A DNA stretch of 32,500 nucleotides. Source: a virus (lineage: Duplodnaviria; Caudoviricetes). A program made the translations under genes and the position numbers. Position 1 is the first letter of the stretch, and each line of letters starts with the position of its first letter. The notes beneath the pieces are model-generated. The model saw only the letters and a list, made by a program, of their open reading frames with translations, was not told where the DNA came from and searched no databases. The stretch is taken from positions 1 to 32,500 of IMG/VR virus record IMGVR_UViG_3300030708_003142, one strand, 5' to 3'. Of the stretch, positions 18,801 to 28,700 are shown in pieces.

Positions 18801-20698
18801 ACATTATAGCTCATGTATTTGGTCCCTTACTTTTTAATCATAATTTTTCTATAAAAGGTAATTTGCAAAACTCCCTAGGTTCCCAAGCGTTTGCCCGAAG
18901 CTTTGGTGGAGCTATTTCCTCTATTCACTCGGATTGGAGTGGTGTTATTACCACTCCTGCTGTATCTCAAAACAATGTGTATTTAAATACTTCGGGAGGA
19001 AGAGTAGAACTCACTGAAGGGATTTTAGCCGCGGGAGCGTTCGGCACATATTCCAATTATTTGGATGTATTTGAACATCCTGCACAAGTAATACAGGCGA
19101 ACAAAACGGTATTGTCGGGGATTGAGTTTGCTGCTGGAAATGTTAACAGTATAGCTGTTTGGAATAATACCAATAACACCCCTTACAATATAGATTTGAT
19201 TTCTCCTAGCGGCATAACCTTCGTTCAGAGACAGGTAACTGACAGCCCTATCCAAAGTGTGAGGGCTCGCTATGCGTTGGACGGAAATACTAACTACTCT
19301 TATAACGGAAAACTGTTATTTGCGCCACGTGACGCTGCGAGACAAAATCTATCAACCTCGGCAGTTGCAGGGTGGGCTATGTATAGCCTAGAGAGAACTC
19401 CGAATATTTATAGCGGAGGTCCCACCGGTCACTCGTCCCGGGCGATTTATTTTAAGGATGATGTAGGTGGTAGTTCCTTACCTTACATAGCGATGGTGGG
19501 TAGAGGAAGTTCGTCTGGAACAGGAACCATAGGTGTAATGTCGGGTGTCCTAGGTGCTCAGAGAAGTGTGGCGTTTGGAACAGTCTCTAATCCTACGGAC
19601 CGTCAAACTCCTCCCAACCTGCGCCCCCTCACTCCTAATAATCGTTATAAAATATCCATGGAAGCGTCTTGCGTACACTTAGCCAACAACAGACTAACAT
19701 ATGCTTTAATTAACGAAACTAAATCTAAACAGTGGGACCAACCCAACGGTAGATGGAGAGATACCGCTGCTATTTTCTCGGGCAACTTAGTTAATGTTTT
19801 AACTAGTGGGGGTCCACAAACCGAACCTGGGTTCAGTGTTTTTAGCGGGGTAATAACTCCCTCATCTGTATTCGAACAAGGGGACAATTACTCGCTTTAT
19901 ATTGCTCCGGCAGCTAGAGCTTATACTACAGTTTGTGGTTATCAAATAAAAAATATTAAAATAGAAAACTTTGAATCCCCCGCCAAAATCAGAGGTGGGA
20001 GACAAGGAAATAAATTATTTAAGAACGAACATTATCAGTTAGGTATAAATGGTCGTGTTGCTAAAATTGCAGGCGCAGGTGCCGGATTTAAGGATGAAGA
20101 TTTATATGTTCGTCTGGTAACCGACCCCAAACCTTTTGTAGGTAATGGATGGAATTCTATAGCGAGAAACTGGTGTTATAACTGGACCAGCAACTCATGG
20201 TCTGACGCACGTGAAACTAGTAATGAAGAACAATGGAAAAAACTTTCATTCGAAGGGAGTTCTATAGAAACCCAACGACATGTATTAGACTTTAACACAT
20301 TAAACACCCGGACCCCTTTGAAATACTTCTCCCTCTCTAAAGATGGTCCTTTGAATGGTTACTTTGCTTCAGCCGGTCCAATTCATAATGACGAGACTGT
20401 TTATTATGTGGAGATAGGAAAACCGGACAACACAGGAGAATTCCGCGGGGTTACATTATTAGGCGTAGATATTGTAAATAAACGCTATAATGTTTATGCA
20501 CAGGATTATACGAAAAAAGACTTTGCAGATATATTCGATTTCTTTGATGACCTGAACATCAGTAAATCATCAAGAGATGCTATAGATTCGTCGGGAACCT
20601 ACCTATTATCAGGTGGTAGCCGAAACGAGTATTTAGAATGGTGGGGAGGAAGCCATTCTGCTACTAACGGAGTTTATGGATTTAAAGAAAATGATTAA
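15824..20698 (+). CDS. Large baseplate wedge protein, T4 gp7 / P2 gpI-like, with long extensions (1624 aa)
   Basis: LLDIEECPEEFLQYLGRYLGW...WRDQLKQAIYLYKAKGTRQAL (about 16820-16975) is the gpI/gp7 core, followed later by IFRQFAPFHT; follows gp6; the C-terminal region has CBM-like modules. Confidence 0.85.
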   Translation: MRMSDKGPGQEHFKANYIEVIQRIIPDFYEENEYNLFGQEEDLQYRVLGSILYLASNTSALIGKPTTYNLQVSSFSSNDSFVPYYVPFNNLTDVSPTTYENYVLRPLGKTFASFPNRDEFEDFLLTSALPSTHPNYVTETFAQGFSATVGSTFSSVSAVSNELIDKLGWVYFQNTSGTVIDSNSIPVSSYVYSSIVDNLYYGKRIKTSDGVSNMFKWMYRNAVGGGTQWETVRANYLPAPFSSPSSTYVVANGETENYYASGAQLVSALDTLVNVWVNEDDPNSLYFRDIVNASLMGLDVNRMENAGPMSKMLKAIAYGFYDVKTSIRDIQYLLDIEECPEEFLQYLGRYLGWTFFTEEPDKWRDQLKQAIYLYKAKGTRQALANAVNMVIPSSIYNPVAETSGLQELWESYVPNLIYYTLKTETNLGNNNSQYLSFKTNWNEALESSGIRMSVRNFDPNDKDKNVRFATDAVLELLNEYYNYLYIGGVPYKETDYWKSQEVRKFRNKTNGYEYRGALLRIPPWEENRFYQNCRIGPNVDNFARSLSSILSRSFEEAGCGVAVSAANSVSKYILSGVEIKSGEGINEPGWGSNNNFKFFTSSLKLPYNYPQIIRGGDLESMSVFDYWNSKSSEVHSKFFASAIDFSSNSLINPDKTKIGKKGIPAVIDIFRQFAPFHTINKIYVGSGIDDFYYRTRQDGTLPGVAWSGIQNIEVINTIQSDMDQLHSTYTTSAFPGAWGAYGSFSGVGVFPTIFNPKGGRWLPSATLYGSKGTGPQGYFWSGGGSIEPAGKASVAYKQLLARRTAGRRRNLKYKFTGWAQNREGLNQPIATDWFGVSGGALQPVLKARGLNLPGFVPKGFDFSSQQFVDTSGSLSSVYSYYNGSATPFFEFHGSSFFPQRNIPGFETNASSFNQLRDVFGSQILRAMTNIFIRRGREDSRWLRFTNEGFDNFKFGAGVQSLYQEYNTKFNRNLQCWVDQETQVDGDRYAGGFNIIAHVFGPLLFNHNFSIKGNLQNSLGSQAFARSFGGAISSIHSDWSGVITTPAVSQNNVYLNTSGGRVELTEGILAAGAFGTYSNYLDVFEHPAQVIQANKTVLSGIEFAAGNVNSIAVWNNTNNTPYNIDLISPSGITFVQRQVTDSPIQSVRARYALDGNTNYSYNGKLLFAPRDAARQNLSTSAVAGWAMYSLERTPNIYSGGPTGHSSRAIYFKDDVGGSSLPYIAMVGRGSSSGTGTIGVMSGVLGAQRSVAFGTVSNPTDRQTPPNLRPLTPNNRYKISMEASCVHLANNRLTYALINETKSKQWDQPNGRWRDTAAIFSGNLVNVLTSGGPQTEPGFSVFSGVITPSSVFEQGDNYSLYIAPAARAYTTVCGYQIKNIKIENFESPAKIRGGRQGNKLFKNEHYQLGINGRVAKIAGAGAGFKDEDLYVRLVTDPKPFVGNGWNSIARNWCYNWTSNSWSDARETSNEEQWKKLSFEGSSIETQRHVLDFNTLNTRTPLKYFSLSKDGPLNGYFASAGPIHNDETVYYVEIGKPDNTGEFRGVTLLGVDIVNKRYNVYAQDYTKKDFADIFDFFDDLNISKSSRDAIDSSGTYLLSGGSRNEYLEWWGGSHSATNGVYGFKEND

Positions 20699-23600
20699 AG
20701 GTAACATAGAGATTTTTCAAAGTTATGGAAACGAGCACAAGAGCTTGTACAAAGGCTCTAACATGGTGGTCGATGGCTTTAGAAAAACAGTAGCGGATGT
20801 GATGACCTACATGCCCAACCCCAGTGGAGGTCCGACAGGAGGAGCAGGTCCGATAGGAGCAAGCTCGGTGTCTAGTTACCAAATACAAGCAATGACGTTA
20901 GGTAGCGCGAAAGAAAGTTATTCCCAGAGAGGTTCGAGATACTGGTACAGTTCTATCGCCACATCAGGAAACCTCTACCAATTAGCTCCTCTTAACGACA
21001 ACTCCGTATTTGAGATGTGGGATTGTTATTCAGGTATTGGGTTTAATCAGTGGAAATACGATAATATGGTGGAGGCTAATTTACTGCAAAACCCTACACT
21101 TAAAAATCTTAAAGGGTGGACGGTAAATTATCTGAATGATGTAAGTGGTGCTGTACAACCTACAACGGACACCGTAGCTGAAGGAACGATTGATATTACC
21201 AAATTTGAACTTATCAAAGGTCAACAACAAGTAACATTACGACAAGCTCTTCCTACTATGGAATTAGGAGGAGTGTATACTTTTTATACAAACGGTAAAG
21301 CTCATAACGCAACCATGGATATAAGGATATCCCGCGGAGCTAACGACGTACCTGTTGAATATTATAATTTTACTACAGAAAAATTTGAACGGTTAGATAG
21401 AGATAATAAAAATTTAAATCACACCGTCCAATTAAAAGATTACTACGACGTTAACGAATTTCGTCTAAGATTAAAAGGTAATAAAAGAGACCAAGCCTTC
21501 TCTCCATTCAATCAGTTTTTCGTAGAGTATGTATTTCCTTCGTTTGGCTTCGTTGATACAGGATTTGCGCCGTGGGAACAAGGTTATGTCAATCCCTACC
21601 TTAACATAATACGATTGGAGGTATGCGATGAACGTTATCAAATTCTACGAAATCCTAACTTCTTAGAACATCAAAGTGAGCTGGTGAACAATGACTTCAC
21701 CATTACCACACAGTTTCCTACGGGAGAAGCAGAAAACCCAACCGCTTGTACTCAAGCTGGGCTGTTTAAACTTCCTGGGTGGAAACAGTTAAATCCTTTA
21801 GTTAAATACTCTAATGACCCGGGAAGTAGAGAGGATAGCGCGGCTTATGGAGCCGTCTTCCCGTTAGCGACGGACTCAGGTAAAATTTTCTCAGGAACGG
21901 ACGGGGTTTCCTTATACGCTTCTTCAAACGATTTAGCGTCCAGTGGTGTTGCGTTCATAGAACAAACTTTTAATTTAGGTGATGAATACCGCAACCGTTT
22001 TGCTTTTACTACCCCCTTAACTCCCGACCCTAACTTACTAGACCAAGCAAACACTCAATATGATAACAACGCTACCATGATGTTGTCTTTTGATACTATG
22101 GTGTCTGGGGAATCTACTGCTGCTAATTGTGGTAATTTGGAGGTAAACTTGATTAGGAATTCAGATGGGTACGAGTATAACTTTACTCCAAACTCCGTCT
22201 CTCAACAAAATAATATGTTTAGCCCTAACGGCACTCCTCTACAAATATCTTATACCGCTAAAAACACTTGGTATCAAAAAGGAGTGCAGGTAATGTTACC
22301 CGCAGACGCAGACCGCCAAACTTATACTATAAATTTGAGAGGTACAGGAAGAACCGACGCTAATGGATTTTGTTATTACTCAATCCGAAATTTTTCTTTT
22401 GGAAAATTAGCAGGGTGGAGAACTTATGTTTACGACCAAAGCGGAGTGGCTAAATGGTGTTTAAGCTCTACCGGAAGTAGAGTCACGTCTGGAAACATTT
22501 ATTCCGCATTAACATTAAGTGCGACAAGATACAGCGCCTTAACCAATGATACTCGTAGCCGTTTACGTAACGATATGAACAACTTTCAGGCTACCACCAA
22601 AACTCAGTTAGTCCAAAACTTCGCAGGATTGGAACCTACTAAGACGTATCGCTTGGCAGTAAAAGGAACGATGCAAAATACAGCTAACATTCCTGGGTTT
22701 AGTTATATCTTAAAAGCTAAAGCGAGAACCTCCCAATCAAATAAATATAATGTTTTATCATTGTGGATGAGAGACGCTCTGGATTTTAGTGCTACTAACT
22801 CACCCACCAATTTTAATCCGTATTCAACGAACTCTTTAGCCACGAGAGCAACTCATCCTTTTTTCTGTAATGATTTAACAGACAGCACTCCATTAGACTG
22901 GGGTTTATATGTAGGAGCATCGGGAACAGGGAATCAAAATTATATTGTGTCGGAAGACTTGCGAGCTAACCCAGGAGAGTACACATTATCGATGAACGTA
23001 TTTAACGAGTTTGATAATGGTTCTTATTTTGTGTTAAGCTCCACTAATGGTGCGAATCCCGTATTTTTTAATTGGGAGACTGCGCAATGGGATGATATTA
23101 TTACATCGGTTAATCCTGCGTACCGAAACAGTGTGTCGGGCTCTTATTTCTTAAAACTTCCGGAAAGAGCAACCACGGAAACCGGTACTCCTTATACCTA
23201 TCCTAACCCTATCGTGTTCCCGGCTATAGACGATAATATTTTAACAGCATACAACGATAAAACATTAGACGGAGAAGGAAGCCGAGGAGCTTTTAAATTC
23301 ACCGCGGCTTTGTACGGACCTAATGCTGAAACTGGCAGAACCTTAGTAAGTGATTTAGCCTTGGACGGACCGGGGCTAGGACCAGCTGTCGATATTTGGA
23401 AAGAACTTTATTACGATTTTGTAAATCAAGATTGGCAAGCACAGCCGGTGTCGTCTACAGACTATTACTCAGAAAATCTGGAGACAGCTCCAGAAAGTTT
23501 TATTTCAACCCCTCAATCACTAATTTCTAAAATGTGTTTGTACGGATTGGACAGAGATACTGAGTACCAGTTAAATATCATCGATACTTCTGGAGGAGTT

Positions 23601-25196
23601 TATTCTTTGCATGACGTCTCACTTCAGGACGTCTCTTTGGTAAACAACAGCGGTAGAAGTCGTTGGATTAGAGACCCAAAAGTGTGGACCAGCGAACCGT
23701 TTGGACAAACTCATTATGATGAATATTCCGATGGCGCGGTATTTAAAATGAGTAACTGGACAGGCACAAAAAATATTATGGGGAATGTAACGAGTCCTTC
23801 AGGTATGACAGACTGGGCAGTCAACGGGAGTATTATGTTCCGTGCGACGTCGGGGGATACAGGAACCGCTACTGATGCGGGTATTATTGTTCCTGTTACC
23901 CGTGTAAACAAAATGAGAAATTCTGCATTCGCTCCATGGTTAACACAAAACTTCACTTTAGCTGAGTATGGTTTGAGCGCGGGTGATATGTTCGCCGTAG
24001 GGATAGAAGGTATTAGTGTGGATACGGCTACCGATAAAATAGCCATTTCTATTGCAGCCATGTATGATGGAGTAAGATATTCGTATAACCCTATCTCTCA
24101 AGAGTGGGACCCAGGTATAGAACGTAAAACTTTAGAAACCACCTTGTACGACCGTGGAGCTCAAAGCGCAGACGAGTTTTATGCGGATGCTAAATCCTGG
24201 AACCAAATTTTATCTCCTAAAATTCCCGTCCCTCAGTTTGGTCCTAATACGAAAATAATCGCAAGCTTTAGAGTGCAGGCTGGAGGAACCGCTCTGAGAA
24301 GTGTGGATATAAAAGACTTTAAAGTTTATAAATGGACGGATGCTACCCCTTTAATTTATCGGGTATCGGGAGATACTTTCAACTTCCCCGAGTTCCCTAA
24401 GCCCGCAGACACAACTTTACAGTCGTTACAATCTCAAGGAAAACCTGGGCAGCTAGGACATTTTCTGAATAGAATTAATTTTTTCAAACAATATCCCGCG
24501 AAATTAAAAAGCCAGGCAACAGTCGCTAACCCCGATGTAAGTGGTATCCGTGCTATTAATAACCCTATGGCTCCATCTGTAACAGGGGAGAAAACCTTAG
24601 AAGAAGCCATCACCATGGGAGCATACTTACCATCCGCAGGTCTGTTCTTTGGCTCAGGAACTTACGGATTAGTAAATAGTGACCAGTCATGGGGATTATC
24701 TCCTAGTGGTGGTTTAGTCTCAGGAACCTTAAACCAAATGGGCGTCGTAAATAGTGACGGTTATATTTACCGTTTCCCTTATGCGACTACCAACAATGAT
24801 GCCCGTGATGCGAGTGCTGGGTTCTTAGTATCCTCATTCTCTTCTACAGTCGGAGCTTCTTATGGAGGGTATGGCAAAAAGACTTTGCGTTACATTCTCA
24901 AGTTACACAAAGACGATTGGCGTTTCCTAGATTATTACATGGGAGGTCTTGGTGCAATAGGATTAAACTCCTTAGATTACAAGAAAACTTATGACAAATT
25001 AGGTAGCGGGTATCAAATAGAAAGAACAGGTGCTGCATATTCGGCTGGTTCGCGTGTGAGACTATATAACATTGCAGACCCAGGCAACAATCCTATTTTT
25101 AATTTAACGAATAAGAAAGTAACTTTTCCTCCTGGATTAAAAATAGATTACAACACAACAGACCATATTACTATAATATGGGATATAAATTATTAA
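20691..25196 (+). CDS. Large baseplate/fibre-attachment protein: split tail-collar-like domain enclosing CBM-like repeats (about 1501 aa)
   Basis: N-terminus IKGNIEIF...NMVVDG and C-terminus ITIIWDINY parallel the adjacent 199-aa protein; internal NLLQNPT / ILRNPNF / LVNNDF and Y[N/D]F...W repeats. Start placed at ATG 20691 (8-nt overlap); 20676 is the alternative. Confidence 0.7.
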   Translation: MIKGNIEIFQSYGNEHKSLYKGSNMVVDGFRKTVADVMTYMPNPSGGPTGGAGPIGASSVSSYQIQAMTLGSAKESYSQRGSRYWYSSIATSGNLYQLAPLNDNSVFEMWDCYSGIGFNQWKYDNMVEANLLQNPTLKNLKGWTVNYLNDVSGAVQPTTDTVAEGTIDITKFELIKGQQQVTLRQALPTMELGGVYTFYTNGKAHNATMDIRISRGANDVPVEYYNFTTEKFERLDRDNKNLNHTVQLKDYYDVNEFRLRLKGNKRDQAFSPFNQFFVEYVFPSFGFVDTGFAPWEQGYVNPYLNIIRLEVCDERYQILRNPNFLEHQSELVNNDFTITTQFPTGEAENPTACTQAGLFKLPGWKQLNPLVKYSNDPGSREDSAAYGAVFPLATDSGKIFSGTDGVSLYASSNDLASSGVAFIEQTFNLGDEYRNRFAFTTPLTPDPNLLDQANTQYDNNATMMLSFDTMVSGESTAANCGNLEVNLIRNSDGYEYNFTPNSVSQQNNMFSPNGTPLQISYTAKNTWYQKGVQVMLPADADRQTYTINLRGTGRTDANGFCYYSIRNFSFGKLAGWRTYVYDQSGVAKWCLSSTGSRVTSGNIYSALTLSATRYSALTNDTRSRLRNDMNNFQATTKTQLVQNFAGLEPTKTYRLAVKGTMQNTANIPGFSYILKAKARTSQSNKYNVLSLWMRDALDFSATNSPTNFNPYSTNSLATRATHPFFCNDLTDSTPLDWGLYVGASGTGNQNYIVSEDLRANPGEYTLSMNVFNEFDNGSYFVLSSTNGANPVFFNWETAQWDDIITSVNPAYRNSVSGSYFLKLPERATTETGTPYTYPNPIVFPAIDDNILTAYNDKTLDGEGSRGAFKFTAALYGPNAETGRTLVSDLALDGPGLGPAVDIWKELYYDFVNQDWQAQPVSSTDYYSENLETAPESFISTPQSLISKMCLYGLDRDTEYQLNIIDTSGGVYSLHDVSLQDVSLVNNSGRSRWIRDPKVWTSEPFGQTHYDEYSDGAVFKMSNWTGTKNIMGNVTSPSGMTDWAVNGSIMFRATSGDTGTATDAGIIVPVTRVNKMRNSAFAPWLTQNFTLAEYGLSAGDMFAVGIEGISVDTATDKIAISIAAMYDGVRYSYNPISQEWDPGIERKTLETTLYDRGAQSADEFYADAKSWNQILSPKIPVPQFGPNTKIIASFRVQAGGTALRSVDIKDFKVYKWTDATPLIYRVSGDTFNFPEFPKPADTTLQSLQSQGKPGQLGHFLNRINFFKQYPAKLKSQATVANPDVSGIRAINNPMAPSVTGEKTLEEAITMGAYLPSAGLFFGSGTYGLVNSDQSWGLSPSGGLVSGTLNQMGVVNSDGYIYRFPYATTNNDARDASAGFLVSSFSSTVGASYGGYGKKTLRYILKLHKDDWRFLDYYMGGLGAIGLNSLDYKKTYDKLGSGYQIERTGAAYSAGSRVRLYNIADPGNNPIFNLTNKKVTFPPGLKIDYNTTDHITIIWDINY

Positions 25197-25197
25197 A

Positions 25198-25797
25198 ATG
25201 GACTTTTTCGATAAATCAAATCCTCAAGGACACTTAGAAATCTGGAAACATTATCCAGATGGAAGTAAGGAGCTGCACTATGAAGATAAAAATGTTATTT
25301 GTAGCGGGATGGGCGCAACCCTTTCTCAAATGTTTGATTCCGACCCTGACGTTGATGTTGAAAACTTTCAAATGGTTTATTTTCGATGTGGGTCTGGAGG
25401 AACCGCTGGCGCACAAGTATCTGGCACGTCAGACGTAGTAACACCGTTCAACCGAGAACAGTACGGAACCGGTAACTTGGACATGAGTATTCATAATTTG
25501 ATTGCAAATGGAGCCAAGACTACAAGTAAACCTTTCGGGAGAATTCCTTATGGTTATATAAAAAGAGTAACGGACACTAAATGTATGTGGCAGATAGTGT
25601 TAGACGAACAGACTTTAAATGTGGGGGATGCCACAGCTGATTATCCCGCAGGTTACATTAATGAAATAGGATTGTACAGTAAAAATCCTTTTGTAGAAGG
25701 TACAGACGCTTCTATGTTATGCGCGTATCGGTTTTTCAAACAAATAGCAAAGACCGACGCATTTATTTTAGTCTTTAGATGGACGATTGAATTCTAA
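25198..25797 (+). CDS. Tail-collar / fibre-attachment baseplate protein (199 aa)
   Basis: GHLEIW...KNVICSG and INEIGLYSKNP...LCAYRFFKQIAKTDAFILVFRWTIEF, the E-x-G-L...AY..F..I.K...W.I.F signature of myophage fibre-attachment (DUF3751-like) proteins. Confidence 0.78.
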   Translation: MDFFDKSNPQGHLEIWKHYPDGSKELHYEDKNVICSGMGATLSQMFDSDPDVDVENFQMVYFRCGSGGTAGAQVSGTSDVVTPFNREQYGTGNLDMSIHNLIANGAKTTSKPFGRIPYGYIKRVTDTKCMWQIVLDEQTLNVGDATADYPAGYINEIGLYSKNPFVEGTDASMLCAYRFFKQIAKTDAFILVFRWTIEF

Positions 25798-28700
25798 TGG
25801 TAAGCTTTAAAAATGTTAGCAGTGTAGGAGGAAATGGAATTATTCCTCTAAATTGGGATGACGATGTCCCCAAGTATGACCCTAGTTCTTTTTATAACTG
25901 GGAACAAGATAACGTTCCTTTATGGGTAATTGAACAACGGGGTGATACTCTTTATAGAGCCATGGGTTATCCTGGAGGTAATCCTGAAGGTGTAACATTT
26001 GTTTTATCTTCTACAGGTCATGTTGATGAAGGAAAAGGTATTTATGATTCAATTGATGATATTGTTGAGAGAATTCCTAAACGATTAAAATTTCCGGTAC
26101 TAATTGAAATTTGTCGTTATGGGGAATTAGGAAACCTAGACCTCGCTAATATTACATGTGAAGGAGAAGGAAAACTCGAAGTTGTAAACCGAGCTTATTT
26201 TGAAGACACTAATGCTTCAGCCAACGCTGTGGCAGATATTGGAGGAAGTCCGGCTGACGCTGCGCTAGGTAATAGAATGTATGTGAAGCAGTTGTACTCA
26301 CCTATTGCCTCAGGAACACAATTAAATGTTTCATCTACACGACTCCAAACTTCTTTTGCTGACTACGACAGCTGGAATAAAAACACTAGGCTTTTTGCTT
26401 ACCAAGGACCCGATACTGACCGCCAAGCTAATAACATAACCTTTTACTCAGCTTCGAGCACAGGCACCACCCGTAGTATGAATGGTGGGGCGCCGTTCGG
26501 TAATTTTTCTATTCCTCACCCTTACGATTATACAAATGACTGGGGTGCAGGTGCCGACACTGCTACAGCTGGCACAGCAGCCAGCTCGTGGGGGGATGCC
26601 ACTCCATGGTATGGGTCGTCTACAGCTGACTACATGATTCTAAAAAGACAAGAGCAATACACGAAAGGACAGTGTGCTTTTTTCGGTTATGGTGCTTATT
26701 TTAGTTCTATATCCTTAAAGGATTGTCAAGGAACCGTGATTTTAAGAAACCTTTTGGTTGACGCCGGTAATTTAAACGGTGCTGATTACAGGGGAGCTGG
26801 AGCAGCCGTATGCCAACGACATCGTGGGGAGTATGGGTTCGATATTGAAAATTCAGAGGTAATCCTCGACAATGTAGCTTCTGTTAGAAATGCAACCGGA
26901 GGATTCCGCGCTACTAACTCTCGTGTTAAAATAACTGGACACTGTGTAGCTTATAGAAATTATACCAAGACTGGACGAGCCCCTGCCAACAGAAATCAAG
27001 ATGGTGTGGGATTCTACGCATTGAATAGTGATTTAGAATGGGATGGTACAAAATATACAGACTCTCGTAAGTACTTAAATTATTTTGGTAAGTCTAAGAG
27101 AGGTATTGATTTACGAAACACAACTGTTCGGGGAGGTATTAATTATGCGGGAGCCGCAACATCAGGGTTACCTAATGCTGGTTCTCAATTATTATCTCAA
27201 CCACTTCGCTCTGAATCAGCTGGTGGGGTAACAGTTACATACGGACAATGTTCCGGGGCAGGGGGTGATACTTACACCACTACTGTCAATATTTCTGATT
27301 GTAATGAACATGGGTTTTACGCAGAGGGGTCAGACATCGACTTCGCTGGACGTATTAACTCTTTCTTAAATGTGGGAGACGGTATGCGTTTAAGTAGGTC
27401 TCAAGCACAATTACCTCAATTTACTTTGAACAACAATAGTGGATGGGGTCTTCATTTAATCGGCTCTCAACTTACATACGCGGTAAGCAGTGAGAATTTT
27501 GCCGTTCGACCTGACGGGTATTCTCAAATTACTGGTACCCAATCAGGTGGCGGCGCTACTCCTGCGGTAAGAATACCTAATGGAGCTATTCCAAGTAATG
27601 ATTTTACTGCGGGCGTACCGGCTGCGGCTAACACTCGACGTATTAGAAATAGAGCACAGTTCCATGTTGACTCGAATAATCAAAATATTCTAATCGATAA
27701 ATCGTCCGCTGCCAATCCAGCTTCAATCAATAACATTCCTTTGTACGTAGGACAATTTGGAGGATGTGAATGGACTCATACTAATGCCCCGTCAAGTATC
27801 GGAACTAATGTTAAATATCTTCCTGCTACTCACTTTGGAGCTACCCCTTTCCGAGCAAACAATAAACCGGGTATCGTTGTTACCAACAATTCTGATGCTG
27901 AATTAGTAGGTGTAAACTACGCCGTCCTTTCTCAGGATACAGGTAAAGGTAAAGTAGCAATCGCTTCTAACGGTTCTAATTTAATTTTCCGTGGAACGTC
28001 TTCGACATGTACTACTTTTAATTATTACCCTGTTAACAGTGTAGAGAGACAATTCCGAAGCTGGTTATCTGCGGGTGTGGTAGCTAGTAATAACTCTAAT
28101 GTTGAATTAACGGGACCCACCAAGTCAGCACGATTTGGAGTTCCGTTCTTAGCCGAAGGTAACTCTAATTTAAAAATTAAACCTCCGACTTTAGTAGGGA
28201 CAGATAATATTCTGGATATATCAGGTTATAATTTAATCCCTTACCAAACGGGAGGGGAACAATTAAACCACACCCGTTTTGAAGTCCATGCATCCCGCGC
28301 ATGTTTGGTAGCTAATAAGAATTCTAACATTCAAATGTACGCTCTAGGAGGACAGGCTCTAAGAGGAAAAGGGGCGAGCCCCAACAAAGGTTTTATTGAT
28401 TCTGTAGATGTTTTAACTACGAGTTACGCTGATGCTTATTTGGGAGACCAAAACAATCAATTCGACCAATCTACTTCGGCTGGATACGTTAAAATGTATC
28501 CAAACGCTTTCACAAGCGGTGTAGCAAGTATTGCTGCTTTTGCTCCAAGGCTGTCTTTGGATGTGACTGAGGCGCAAAACGAATCTTTTAACAGCACTAA
28601 TTCTTATGTAAGAACTCCGGACACAAATGCTAGCGACGATTATCATAGAACGGCTATGACAGGCGGTATGTGTGTTCGTGCGGTACAAGATAGTACGGTT

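Noticed and set aside
20676-20690. ORF-track start at 20676 for the 1506-aa protein
   Set aside because: ATG 20691 gives a shorter overlap and aligns better with the start of the 199-aa paralog; 20676 remains possible.
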